A stretch of DNA of 64,000 nt from Trueperaceae bacterium (GTDB lineage: Bacteria > Deinococcota > Deinococci > Deinococcales > Trueperaceae), in contig CBDCDZ010000004.1 of assembly GCA_965215565.1 (NCBI GenBank), forward strand, positions 3,584,001 through 3,648,000. The letters are read 5' to 3'. Positions within the stretch are counted from its first letter, which is position 1; the number at the start of each line of letters is the position of its first letter. A program made the translations under genes and the position numbers. The notes under the pieces are model-generated. The model was not told the DNA's origin and searched no databases. It saw only the letters and a program-made list of their open reading frames with translations. Positions 47,700-56,230 of the stretch are shown piece by piece.

Positions 47700-48851
47700 C
47701 TATTTCAGCTCATCTGAAGAGCGCTCGAGCTTCACCCAGCTTCGCGTAGCCGCCGGGGTGGACGCCTCTACCCGCTTAGGAAACACCACGCTAAAGCGGC
47801 TCCCCCTACCCGTCGCGGGGTTGGGCGACTCGCAGCGCACCCAGCCGTTCATCGCCTCGGTCAAGGACTTGACGAGGTGCAGCCCTAAGCCGACGCCCGT
47901 AGACTCGCGGGTCAACTCGTTACCGACGCGGTAGAACTTGTCAAAGACGCGCCGCGCCTCTTGCAGGTCCAAGCCGACGCCCTCGTCCTCGACGTGAATG
48001 GCGGCGACGTGCCGCTTCGCCTCGAGCCGCACGCGCACCGTTCTATCTGCGCCGGAGCTATACTTTGCGGCGTTGTCCAAGAGGTTGTTGAGGATGATGC
48101 TGAGCGCGTCCAGGTCGAGAGAAACGGGAATAGGCGCGTCGGTATAAGCGGTCTCGAGCCTTACCCCCCGCGCCTCCAAGCTGCTGCGCGACTGATTGAC
48201 GATACTCCGCACAGCGCTGCTAAGGTCGGCGGCTTGAAGAGGTTGAGTGGTGTGTTGCTCTAACCTAGCCGACGCCAAGACCTGCTCACTCGTTGCTTCT
48301 AAACGGGTCAATTCGCGCTCCATGCGCTCCAAGTAGTCGCGCTGCTTCTCAGGTTTGAGGGAGCGGTAGAGCGCCGTTTCAACCAGTAAACGGAGCGTAC
48401 TTAAAGGCGTTTTGAACTCGTGACTGACTGCGTTCAAGAAGTTCTGCTGCCGCTGTTTGAGTTCGCGCTCCGTCCGTAAACTTTTAGCGATGATAAAAAG
48501 ACCTGTTAGAACGACGAGGCTAAAAAACGGTCCTTCAAACGCGAACATGCGGATGTAACCGCGCTGCTCGCTGGTAAAGGTTTGCACAGCGCGTCTATCC
48601 AGCACGAAGCGTCCGTCTTGAAGTTGCAAATGCGGATAGTCCCGCTGGACCTCTTCAGTGAGCGCGGCATCCTCGGGTGAACGCTCGAGTAAGGCATTGA
48701 CGGCGGCTGCGTCCTGCCGCCAATTCGCCAGCGTCGCCTCCGTCACGCCGCCGATATAGCGCGCCTGAAAGATAATCCACCAGACGACTTGCGCCAACAC
48801 AAAGACGATGATGACGCCAAAAGCGATGCGGGTGACGCGGCGGGAGGTCAT
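47700..48851 (-). CDS. Membrane sensor histidine kinase
   Basis: Two TMs, VSHEFKTPL H-box, NLLDNAAKY, DEGVG, GVGLGL. Confidence 0.94.
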   Translation of the reverse strand: MTSRRVTRIAFGVIIVFVLAQVVWWIIFQARYIGGVTEATLANWRQDAAAVNALLERSPEDAALTEEVQRDYPHLQLQDGRFVLDRRAVQTFTSEQRGYIRMFAFEGPFFSLVVLTGLFIIAKSLRTERELKQRQQNFLNAVSHEFKTPLSTLRLLVETALYRSLKPEKQRDYLERMERELTRLEATSEQVLASARLEQHTTQPLQAADLSSAVRSIVNQSRSSLEARGVRLETAYTDAPIPVSLDLDALSIILNNLLDNAAKYSSGADRTVRVRLEAKRHVAAIHVEDEGVGLDLQEARRVFDKFYRVGNELTRESTGVGLGLHLVKSLTEAMNGWVRCESPNPATGRGSRFSVVFPKRVEASTPAATRSWVKLERSSDELK

Positions 48852-48859
48852 AAAAGTGA

Positions 48860-48961
48860 GTAGCGAGCAACGAGCAATGAGCAACGAGTGAAGGTCAAAA
48901 GCTTTTTACTCATTGCTCACCGTTCGTCCAGCTTGACTGGATTGCTTTGAACTCATTGCTC
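48860..48961. repeat. Heptamer-periodic inverted repeat element, second copy
   Basis: gagcaac gagcaat gagcaac gagtgaa...ctcattg ctcaccg; shares blocks with 1112-1233. Confidence 0.75.
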
Positions 48962-48963
48962 CC

Positions 48964-50001
48964 CTACACCCACCCCTTCTCAACCGCGTCTAACGCATGG
49001 TAGCTGATGATGAGGTCCGCCCCCGCCCGCCGAATCGAGAGCAAGCTCTCGCGCACCGCCGCCGCTTCGTCGAGCGCGCCTGCCGCCGCCGCCGCTTTGA
49101 GCATGGCGTACTCGCCCGAGACGTTGTAGGCGACGACCGGCAAGGTGGTTTGTTTGCGGAGTTGAGCGAGCACGTCTAAGTAAGGAAGCGCAGGTTTAAC
49201 CATGAGCATGTCCGCGCCTTCGGCTTCGTCTAGCGCGGCTTCGCGGACGGCTTCGCGAAGGTTGCGTGAGTCCATCTGGTAGCCTTGCCGGGTTTTGGGC
49301 GGCGACTTCTCGCCCGTGACCTCTTTGGGTGCAGAGCCCGCCGCTTCTCTAAAGGGTCCATAGAAGGCGGAGGCGTACTTGACCGCGTAGGAGAGGATAC
49401 CAACCTCTTCGTGTCCAGCGTTGTCTAAGGCTTGCCGGATGTAGCCGACGCGCCCGTCCATCATGTCCGAAGGTGAAACCATGTCCGCGCCCGCTTCCGC
49501 GTGAACTAGAGACATTTCGGCTAAAACGGGGAGGCTCGAGTCATTGTCCACCCTCAACCCTCTCGGCGTCTCTTTCAGAAGTCCGCAGTGTCCGTGATCG
49601 GTGTAGCCGCATAAGCACACGTCTGTGATGAGCACTAAGTCGTCCCCAAAGGCGCGGCGGGCGGCGCGTAAAGCGTCGGGGACGGGTCCGTGCGGGGAGT
49701 AGGCGGCTTTGCCGGAAGAGGTTTTCTCATCCTGCGGGACGACGCCGAAAAGGACAGCGGATTTGATGCCCGCGTTTAAGGTGCGCTCGAGCTGCCCCAA
49801 AAGCATATCCACGCTGTAACGCGATACGCCGGGAAGTGCGCCGATCGGCTGCTCCTCACCCTTACCCGGCACGACGAAAAAGGGCACGATGAAGTGCTCG
49901 GGGCGCAAGAACGTCTCCGCGACGAGTTCGCGCATGGCGGCGCTTTGGCGCAAGCGGCGCGGACGCTCTTTGAGGTGTACTTTTCCCTTGTCTAGAATCA
50001 T
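48964..50001 (-). CDS. hemB: Porphobilinogen synthase
   Basis: RPRRLR, DVCLCGYTDHGHCG, SPSDMMDG, FYGPFREA, MVKPA, AYNVSGEY. Confidence 0.98.
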   Translation of the reverse strand: MILDKGKVHLKERPRRLRQSAAMRELVAETFLRPEHFIVPFFVVPGKGEEQPIGALPGVSRYSVDMLLGQLERTLNAGIKSAVLFGVVPQDEKTSSGKAAYSPHGPVPDALRAARRAFGDDLVLITDVCLCGYTDHGHCGLLKETPRGLRVDNDSSLPVLAEMSLVHAEAGADMVSPSDMMDGRVGYIRQALDNAGHEEVGILSYAVKYASAFYGPFREAAGSAPKEVTGEKSPPKTRQGYQMDSRNLREAVREAALDEAEGADMLMVKPALPYLDVLAQLRKQTTLPVVAYNVSGEYAMLKAAAAAGALDEAAAVRESLLSIRRAGADLIISYHALDAVEKGWV

Positions 50002-50696
50002 TACGCTACCTCTTCTTTTTCTTCACGCTCGAACATTTTTAAGATAGCTTTGGTACTCGGTGTTTCTGCCTGTATGCAGCGCCAACCGCGCAGCGCTACC
50101 GCTTGGCTCGTGCTCGGTCCTATTGAAGTCAGTTTAGCGTGCTTTCCAACCTCTTCAGGTAGCGCTTGGACAGCAGATGGGCTCGCCAAGACAACCGCGT
50201 CCACCTCACCCGCTTGCCAGTCACACGTCAGCGTTTGATAGATTGTTACAGGCGAAGTTTTGACGCCCCCAGCCCCCAACCTCTCCTGCAAGATTTTAAG
50301 GGAACGGTTGCCCTGGGGCAGTCCCACAGTTCCTTTGACCTCTTGCTGTTTCAAAAAGAGGTCAGCCAAACCCTCAGCATGTTGCGGTTCACCTACCAAT
50401 GAAACGTCACCACCCAACTTACCTATCGCCCGAGCCGTCTTCTCGCCCACCACGCCAATTCGAGGATTGATGCCGCGTAGAGAGAGTCCTAAAGCGTGCC
50501 ACGCTTCTACAGCGTTTGGGCTGGTAAAGAGGAGCCAAGAACATCCGAGAAGTTCTTCTGCCTGACCTCTCACCTCTTCGCTCAATATCGGCTCCGTTCG
50601 GATAAGAGGTTGGCGAATGACCTCATGCCCGCGCTCAGTAAGCGCTTCCGCCAAGCCCGCCAAACGTCCTTCCGACTGCGTGAGTGCAACTTTCAT
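50001..50696 (-). CDS. hemD: Uroporphyrinogen-III synthase
   Basis: FTSPNAV, VGEKTA, IYQT, ASPSAV, IGPST; hem operon context. Confidence 0.9.
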   Translation of the reverse strand: MKVALTQSEGRLAGLAEALTERGHEVIRQPLIRTEPILSEEVRGQAEELLGCSWLLFTSPNAVEAWHALGLSLRGINPRIGVVGEKTARAIGKLGGDVSLVGEPQHAEGLADLFLKQQEVKGTVGLPQGNRSLKILQERLGAGGVKTSPVTIYQTLTCDWQAGEVDAVVLASPSAVQALPEEVGKHAKLTSIGPSTSQAVALRGWRCIQAETPSTKAILKMFEREEKEEVA

Positions 50697-50700
50697 CCTG

Positions 50701-51609
50701 CTAAGAGGTCAGTTTAGGCGCGGGACGTCCTAACGCTTCGTAAGCGAGAAATGCTGCACCTTCGGACGACGGATGTGAAACGGTGACGCGCTCGCCTTCG
50801 TACCAAGCGGTGAGTTCGATTTCACCGTTTTTGAGAACACCGTGTGCGCCGAGTGCGAGTTGACAGCCGCCCTGAAGCATCGCCATCAAACCGCGCTCCG
50901 CCGCCACCACTTTGTACGCCTCTACCGAGTGAAGCTCGGTCAGTACCGAGGCCAACTCGAAGTCGTCGCGGCGGCACTCGAGCGCCAACACCCCTTGCGC
51001 GGGCGCAGGCGCGAAGAGGTTGGGCGATAAAAAGTGGATTTCTAAGCCTTGGAGGTCAAGCTGCAACCGCGCCAACCCTGCGGCAGCCAAAACGATGGCG
51101 TCATAGCGTCCATCACGAAGCTTTTGCACCCGTGTGGGCACGTTACCTCTTAGTTCTTGTACCTCTAAGTCCGGGCGGAGGTGTAAAAGTTGCGCTTGTC
51201 GGCGGGCTGCGCTCGTACCGACTTTTGCGCCTTGTTTAAGAGGTAAGTTATCGCCATCTATATCAAACGCTTCTGGACGGACGAGGAGGACATCTCGAGG
51301 GTCTTCGCGCCCACTTATCGCGGCGACTTCTAGCCCCGGCATCGGCGCACTCGGCAGGTCTTTATGCGAGTGAACTGCAACGTCCGCCTCTTGCGCAAGC
51401 ACCGCATCTTGCACCGCTTTGGTGAAAAACCCTTGCCCCTGCATCAGCTTAAAGGCGTCTTGCTCGCGGTCTCCTTGCGTTTCGATGAGGACGAGTTCGG
51501 TGGTGTGACTGAGGGACTCGAGCCTGTCCTTGACCCAGTTCGCTTGCCAGAGCGCCAGGTCACTTTTGCGCGTGGCGATACGCACATGTCTACTCGCAGT
51601 CTTACTCAC
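50701..51609 (-). CDS. hemC: Hydroxymethylbilane synthase
   Basis: ATRKSDLALWQA, VHSHKDLP, GTSAARR, RGNVPTR, PAPAQG, GGC. Confidence 0.97.
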   Translation of the reverse strand: MSKTASRHVRIATRKSDLALWQANWVKDRLESLSHTTELVLIETQGDREQDAFKLMQGQGFFTKAVQDAVLAQEADVAVHSHKDLPSAPMPGLEVAAISGREDPRDVLLVRPEAFDIDGDNLPLKQGAKVGTSAARRQAQLLHLRPDLEVQELRGNVPTRVQKLRDGRYDAIVLAAAGLARLQLDLQGLEIHFLSPNLFAPAPAQGVLALECRRDDFELASVLTELHSVEAYKVVAAERGLMAMLQGGCQLALGAHGVLKNGEIELTAWYEGERVTVSHPSSEGAAFLAYEALGRPAPKLTS

Positions 51610-52783
51610 GGTGCGCCGCTTCCCCTAAGCCGGCTTCCGTCAAAAAGGTCTTTGCCGCCTCTAAGCCGTGCTCTCTCGCAACGGCTCGGAGCCCTTTGAT
51701 CGGTACGTGTGCGAACTTGTGCGCTAGTCTCTCCGCCTCCTCTTGCGGAAGGGAGTCGCCAATCGTAGCTAGGTACATCTCGCGGAGCCGCTTGATGGAA
51801 GGTCCCAGTTGCCGCTCGGTCCAGTTCGTGAGGGCTGCCTCTAACTCACGTTGGACGATCCCCTCCGCCTCTGCGAACTTTTCCGCGAGTTCGCCGCGCC
51901 GCCCCCTTCCCACGCTCTGCAAGGTGTCTACGTTTAGAACGAAGAGGTCACAGGCTTTCGCTGCCGCGCGGTTCACGTTGCGCGGAATGCCTAAATCGAC
52001 GGCGATGGTGAGGTTGGGAAGGTTCGCCAACAAGGTCTCGTTCACCAAATCTTTGACGGGCGTCGCGCAGATGAGGGCGTCCACGTCGGGCGGATGCGCT
52101 AAGAAGTCAGCTAGGGAGAGGCTCGAGATCGCTCGGTTAGGGCTCCCCAGGTGCTTGGCGATCTGCTGCGCCCTCTCAGGTGTGCGGTTCACGATGATGA
52201 GGTCCGTGTTTTCGCGGCTCGCCAGCGTCTTCGCGGCGAGCGTGCCCATCTCGCCCGCGCCGACGACGGCGACGCTCGCACGGTGCGGAAGCCGCTTTTC
52301 CAGTTCGGGGCGTGCCAGGCTGAATAGGGAGGTGTTTAGGGGCGCGAGCGCCACCTCTCGGCGCACCTTTTTGGCGGTGCGTAGCGCCATGTTGAACGCG
52401 AACGAGGTTCGCGGTCCGGTTGTGCCTGCCTCTTGCGCTGCCGAAAATGCCCCCCTTACCTGCGCCATGATCTGATCCTCGCCGGGGTTGAGCGAATCGA
52501 GCGACGCCGCGATGCGCGTGATTTGCTCCAGCGCGCCGTCTTCGACGTAAGCGTAAGGGCGTACGTGCTGACCTTCCGGGGTGAGGGCGTCTCGCGCACC
52601 GCTCAAGGACATGTCGCCGGGTAAAACGGCGACTAAGTCCCAGCGGTTACAGGTGACGATGGCAACGTGCTCCGCAAAACCCAGCCCCGCCAAAACCTCT
52701 GGGGTAAAGGTAGTTTGCCACGCCTCGAGCGCCGCCGCGCCGCCGCGCCGGTGTGAGACGCCTATGAGTGCGAGTCTGTTCAC
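51602..52783 (-). CDS. hemA: Glutamyl-tRNA reductase
   Basis: TCNR, SLDSLNPGEDQI..QVR, GAGEMG, DLGIPRNV. Confidence 0.93.
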   Translation of the reverse strand: MNRLALIGVSHRRGGAAALEAWQTTFTPEVLAGLGFAEHVAIVTCNRWDLVAVLPGDMSLSGARDALTPEGQHVRPYAYVEDGALEQITRIAASLDSLNPGEDQIMAQVRGAFSAAQEAGTTGPRTSFAFNMALRTAKKVRREVALAPLNTSLFSLARPELEKRLPHRASVAVVGAGEMGTLAAKTLASRENTDLIIVNRTPERAQQIAKHLGSPNRAISSLSLADFLAHPPDVDALICATPVKDLVNETLLANLPNLTIAVDLGIPRNVNRAAAKACDLFVLNVDTLQSVGRGRRGELAEKFAEAEGIVQRELEAALTNWTERQLGPSIKRLREMYLATIGDSLPQEEAERLAHKFAHVPIKGLRAVAREHGLEAAKTFLTEAGLGEAAHRE

Positions 52784-52967
52784 ACCTTTTATCTTAATCG
52801 GAATGGTTCTGAAAGAGTGTCATGGGGGTGTCACAGAGAGGTCTCAGCCGTCAGGCTAGCGGGATGTCATCTTTCAACAGACGCAACCAGTTGAAAACGC
52901 GCCGCAGCATCAGGAAGCATTTCAGCCTGTCAGCAGGTCAGGAAAACCCAAAAACCTGAGCGGCTGA

Positions 52968-53561
52968 CTAACTGAAAACCTCTCTACCCCTCGCCCACTC
53001 GAGCAACCTCTTCGCCGCTCGCCCCCTATGACTCACGCGCCGCTTCTCCTCACTCGTCGCCTCGGCGAAGCCCTTCTCTAAGTCGTGGCTGTAGAAGACG
53101 GGGTCGTAGCCGAAGCCTCCTCGACCTCTTGGTAAAAAGAGAATCTCACCCTCACAGACGCCTTCAAACGAGTTGACCTCTCCTCTTGGCGAAATCAGCA
53201 CGAGGCTGCAAACGAAGCGTGCGCCGCGCTCGCCCTCGGGTACGTCACGCAGGTTGTCGAGGAGATAGGTGACGCGCTCCTCCGAGGAGAGAGTGCCGCC
53301 GAACCTAGCGGAGTAGAGCCCTGGCTCACCGTTCAAGGCGTCTACTTCTAAGCCGGAATCGTCAGCCAGCGCAAAAGCGTCGGTTTGACCTGCGACGTGC
53401 TCGGCTTTAATGAGGGCGTTTTCCCTGTAGCTGTGACCCGTCTCTTCGGGAAAATCCGTCACGCCCACCTCTTTCGCGGAGATGACTCCCGTACCAAGTT
53501 CAGCCAGTATCTCCCGAAACTCCGCGACTTTCCCCTCGTTGCCCGTCGCTAAAACGATCAC
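52968..53561 (-). CDS. rdgB: dITP/XTP pyrophosphatase
   Basis: ATGNEGK, ADDSGL, PGLYSAR, GFGYDPVF, SHRG. Confidence 0.96.
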   Translation of the reverse strand: MIVLATGNEGKVAEFREILAELGTGVISAKEVGVTDFPEETGHSYRENALIKAEHVAGQTDAFALADDSGLEVDALNGEPGLYSARFGGTLSSEERVTYLLDNLRDVPEGERGARFVCSLVLISPRGEVNSFEGVCEGEILFLPRGRGGFGYDPVFYSHDLEKGFAEATSEEKRRVSHRGRAAKRLLEWARGREVFS

Positions 53562-54301
53562 CCTAAGTCCCCGCGGATAGACGCAAAGATGTGTTGCACG
53601 GCGGTGATGCCCGAGGCGACGAGTTGCACGTACGTTTCAGCGGGAATCGGCTTCTCTTCGCCGCCGCCTTGCACCTCAACGAGTTGCCCGTCGGCGGTGG
53701 CGACGACGTTTAAGTCCACCTCGGCGCGGCTGTCTTCGGCGTACTCTAAGTCGACGAGTGAAACCCCCTCGACGACGCCGACGCTCACAGCGCCGAGTTC
53801 GTGCGTGAGGGGCCACTCGTCTAAGCTCCCTTTGCGGATGAGCTTATTCGCCGCGTCGTGCAGCGCGGCGTAGCCCGCTAGGATGCCTGCGCAGCGCGTG
53901 CCGCCGTCCGCTTCGATCACGTCGATATCCACTGTCAGAGTTTTGCCGTTGAAGAGTGAAAGGTCTGTTACACTGCGCAGCGAACGTCCGATGAGCCGCT
54001 GAATCTCTTGGGTGCGCCCGCCCGAATAGAGGCGTTCGCGCTGTACTCGCTCGGGCGTGCTGCGCGGCAAGAGGGCGTACTCGGCGTTGAGCCAGCCGCT
54101 TTTATTGCCCTTGCCACGCAGGTGCGGCGGCAACTTGCTCTCCACCGTCACGGTAGCGAGCACGCGGTTATGTCCCCATTCGATCAGCGCGGAGCCCTCA
54201 GCGTGGCGGCTATAGCTGGGCGTGAGCACGATATCGCGGAGTTGTTGCGGACCTCTGTCCGGGCGCACGGTGCGCGCTCGTTCGGTTCCTTTTGTGGTCA
54301 T
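53558..54301 (-). CDS. rph: Ribonuclease PH
   Basis: AEGS, EYALLP.ST, GRTQEIQRLIGRSLR, ADGGTR, DLEYAEDS. Confidence 0.96.
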   Translation of the reverse strand: MTTKGTERARTVRPDRGPQQLRDIVLTPSYSRHAEGSALIEWGHNRVLATVTVESKLPPHLRGKGNKSGWLNAEYALLPRSTPERVQRERLYSGGRTQEIQRLIGRSLRSVTDLSLFNGKTLTVDIDVIEADGGTRCAGILAGYAALHDAANKLIRKGSLDEWPLTHELGAVSVGVVEGVSLVDLEYAEDSRAEVDLNVVATADGQLVEVQGGGEEKPIPAETYVQLVASGITAVQHIFASIRGDLG

Positions 54302-54568
54302 CGCGCTGCCAACCTAATCATCCGAGCTACTAACCTATCTGTCGGTCTATAGCGGAACGCTAGCAGATATGAAGGGCGGAGAGGCTGAGGCTCCGACAAT
54401 GTCAGAGTACATAAAGCGTACATGGTCTTAGCCTATCACTTGAAGGTTCATCTTTAGCTCGGCGCACTTCCCTTCTCGGGTAGTGGCTCCGTCTGGAATG
54501 ACACGGACGTCAAAGCAAGGGGTTTCAACCCCTCAGTCGGCGCGTTAAGGCGGCGGAAGGACTAGGCG

Positions 54569-54699
54569 TAGCACTTTCAGAATATATTGAGAAAAATAGA
54601 CGCGGATCTCAGCGAAGCTAGCGGGATTTCATCTCATGATGTGCGTGTTAGGCGGTGTTTGTTACAGCGAGAGCGTCTCTGATCAGATGATACCTACTA
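54569..54699 (+). mobile_element. MITE-like element family 1, copy G
   Basis: tagcac...cgcggatctc...gcgggatttcatctc...tgtgcgtgtta...cagatgatacctacta. Confidence 0.65.
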
Positions 54700-54925
54700 G
54701 CGGTAGCATTCGAATTAAAACCACTACCCTTTCCTGAAAATTGAATTAAAACTCTGTGTGACAAATTACCCAAGTTCTCAAACGTTAAAAAGGTAACTTT
54801 GGGACTAGGAAAACGTGCTGTGTGCGTTTTTTCGCTGCGCCACTGAGGGCGTAGAGAGCATGGCGCTACGAGAATACACAGCGCATGGCGCGATTAGAGA
54901 CCGCAACTATCAGGGGAGAACCGTT

Positions 54926-56230
54926 ATGAAATCCTTTTTGAAACCCTCAACCTTTAAGCTTGCCCTCGTTACGCTTAGCTTCGTTCTACTCGCTGCTTGC
55001 AGCAGCGTCCAATCCACGCTGCCAGAAGCCACCTCACCAACTACCCCGATGACAGATGTGTATACGCACTCACTCAGTGTCGATATTGACGCCTCGAGCC
55101 TCAAAGAAAACGTCGAAGCGCGCTACAGCGGCGACGTTATCGTGTGGCGTCCCGAAGCGGGCTTTACCGTTTTGGGGCTCAGCGAGATGAGCATACTCAG
55201 CGCGCAATCTTTAGAGGGGATAGTAGTCGAACCCAACCAGGACGAAGTTGCTGCGCCCGAGGCGGAGGTGGCGGCCTCGAGCGTGTGGGGCGAGGGAAAA
55301 AATGCTTGGTCGGGAGGTAAAAACGCTTGGTCAGGCGGAGCAGGCATCACTTTAGAACCTACCCTGTCCTGGCAGAACGCCGATGCCTGGTGGCAGATTG
55401 ACCTCAAAGGCGGCTCCTCATTAGCGCCGCGCAAAGGGGCAGGCATCAAAGTCGCTGTAATCGACAGCGGTCTCGATCTAAACCATCCCGCTTTCGCCAA
55501 CCACCTCGCGCCCGAAAGCGAATGGAAAGATTTCGTTGACGGCGATACCTACCCCCAAGAGGAGCGCTCAGAGGATGGCGACAACAGCAACTATGGTCAC
55601 GGTACGGGCGTCGCGGGTGTAGTGCTGCAAGTTGCGCCCAACGCGACGATTCTGCCCTTGCGCGTGCTCGACGCTGAGGGGCTCGGTGACATCACCGACG
55701 TAGCAGCGGCGATAGACCACGCGGTTGCGGCTGGCGCAGATGTCATCAACCTCTCGCTCGGTACGGACGAAGACTCCGAAGCGCTCAACCAGATGATCGC
55801 CTACGCCGCTGAGAAGAGGATTTTTGTTATCGCTTCATCGGGCAATACGGGCGACAAAAATATCACCTATCCCGCTCGCAATGCCAAAGAGCCGAGCAAG
55901 ATGGGAGAGTACTTGCTGAGCGTCGGCAGTGCTAAGACCTACTGGGGAATACTGTCGTCCGTACTGTCTCAATTTTCCACCTACGGAGACGCTTTAGAAA
56001 TGACAGCGCCAGGTGAATATATCTATACGGCTTTTCCCGACAATCAAGTCGGTTACTGGAGTGGCACGTCGTTCTCCGCGCCGATGGTGTCGGGTACGCT
56101 CGCGCTGATGCTAGGTGAGGAAGAGGATGAAAGCCGCATCGCTGACAAGCTAGACAGTGTCGTGAGCGAAGCGAATCTGAGCTATCTGCCTCTACACGTC
56201 AAGGGGTTCGTTGACTGGGCGCTGGACTAA
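54926..56230 (+). CDS. S8 (subtilisin-like) serine peptidase, lipoprotein
   Basis: LLAAC lipobox; VIDSG, GHGTGVAG, GTSFSAP catalytic triad; GGGGAG RBS. Confidence 0.94.
   Translation: MKSFLKPSTFKLALVTLSFVLLAACSSVQSTLPEATSPTTPMTDVYTHSLSVDIDASSLKENVEARYSGDVIVWRPEAGFTVLGLSEMSILSAQSLEGIVVEPNQDEVAAPEAEVAASSVWGEGKNAWSGGKNAWSGGAGITLEPTLSWQNADAWWQIDLKGGSSLAPRKGAGIKVAVIDSGLDLNHPAFANHLAPESEWKDFVDGDTYPQEERSEDGDNSNYGHGTGVAGVVLQVAPNATILPLRVLDAEGLGDITDVAAAIDHAVAAGADVINLSLGTDEDSEALNQMIAYAAEKRIFVIASSGNTGDKNITYPARNAKEPSKMGEYLLSVGSAKTYWGILSSVLSQFSTYGDALEMTAPGEYIYTAFPDNQVGYWSGTSFSAPMVSGTLALMLGEEEDESRIADKLDSVVSEANLSYLPLHVKGFVDWALD
55277..55339 (+). repeat. Heptapeptide repeats SSVWGEG-KNAWSGG-KNAWSGG in the S8 pro-region
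   Basis: 21-nt period; the two KNAWSGG copies differ at four synonymous positions. Confidence 0.85.
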
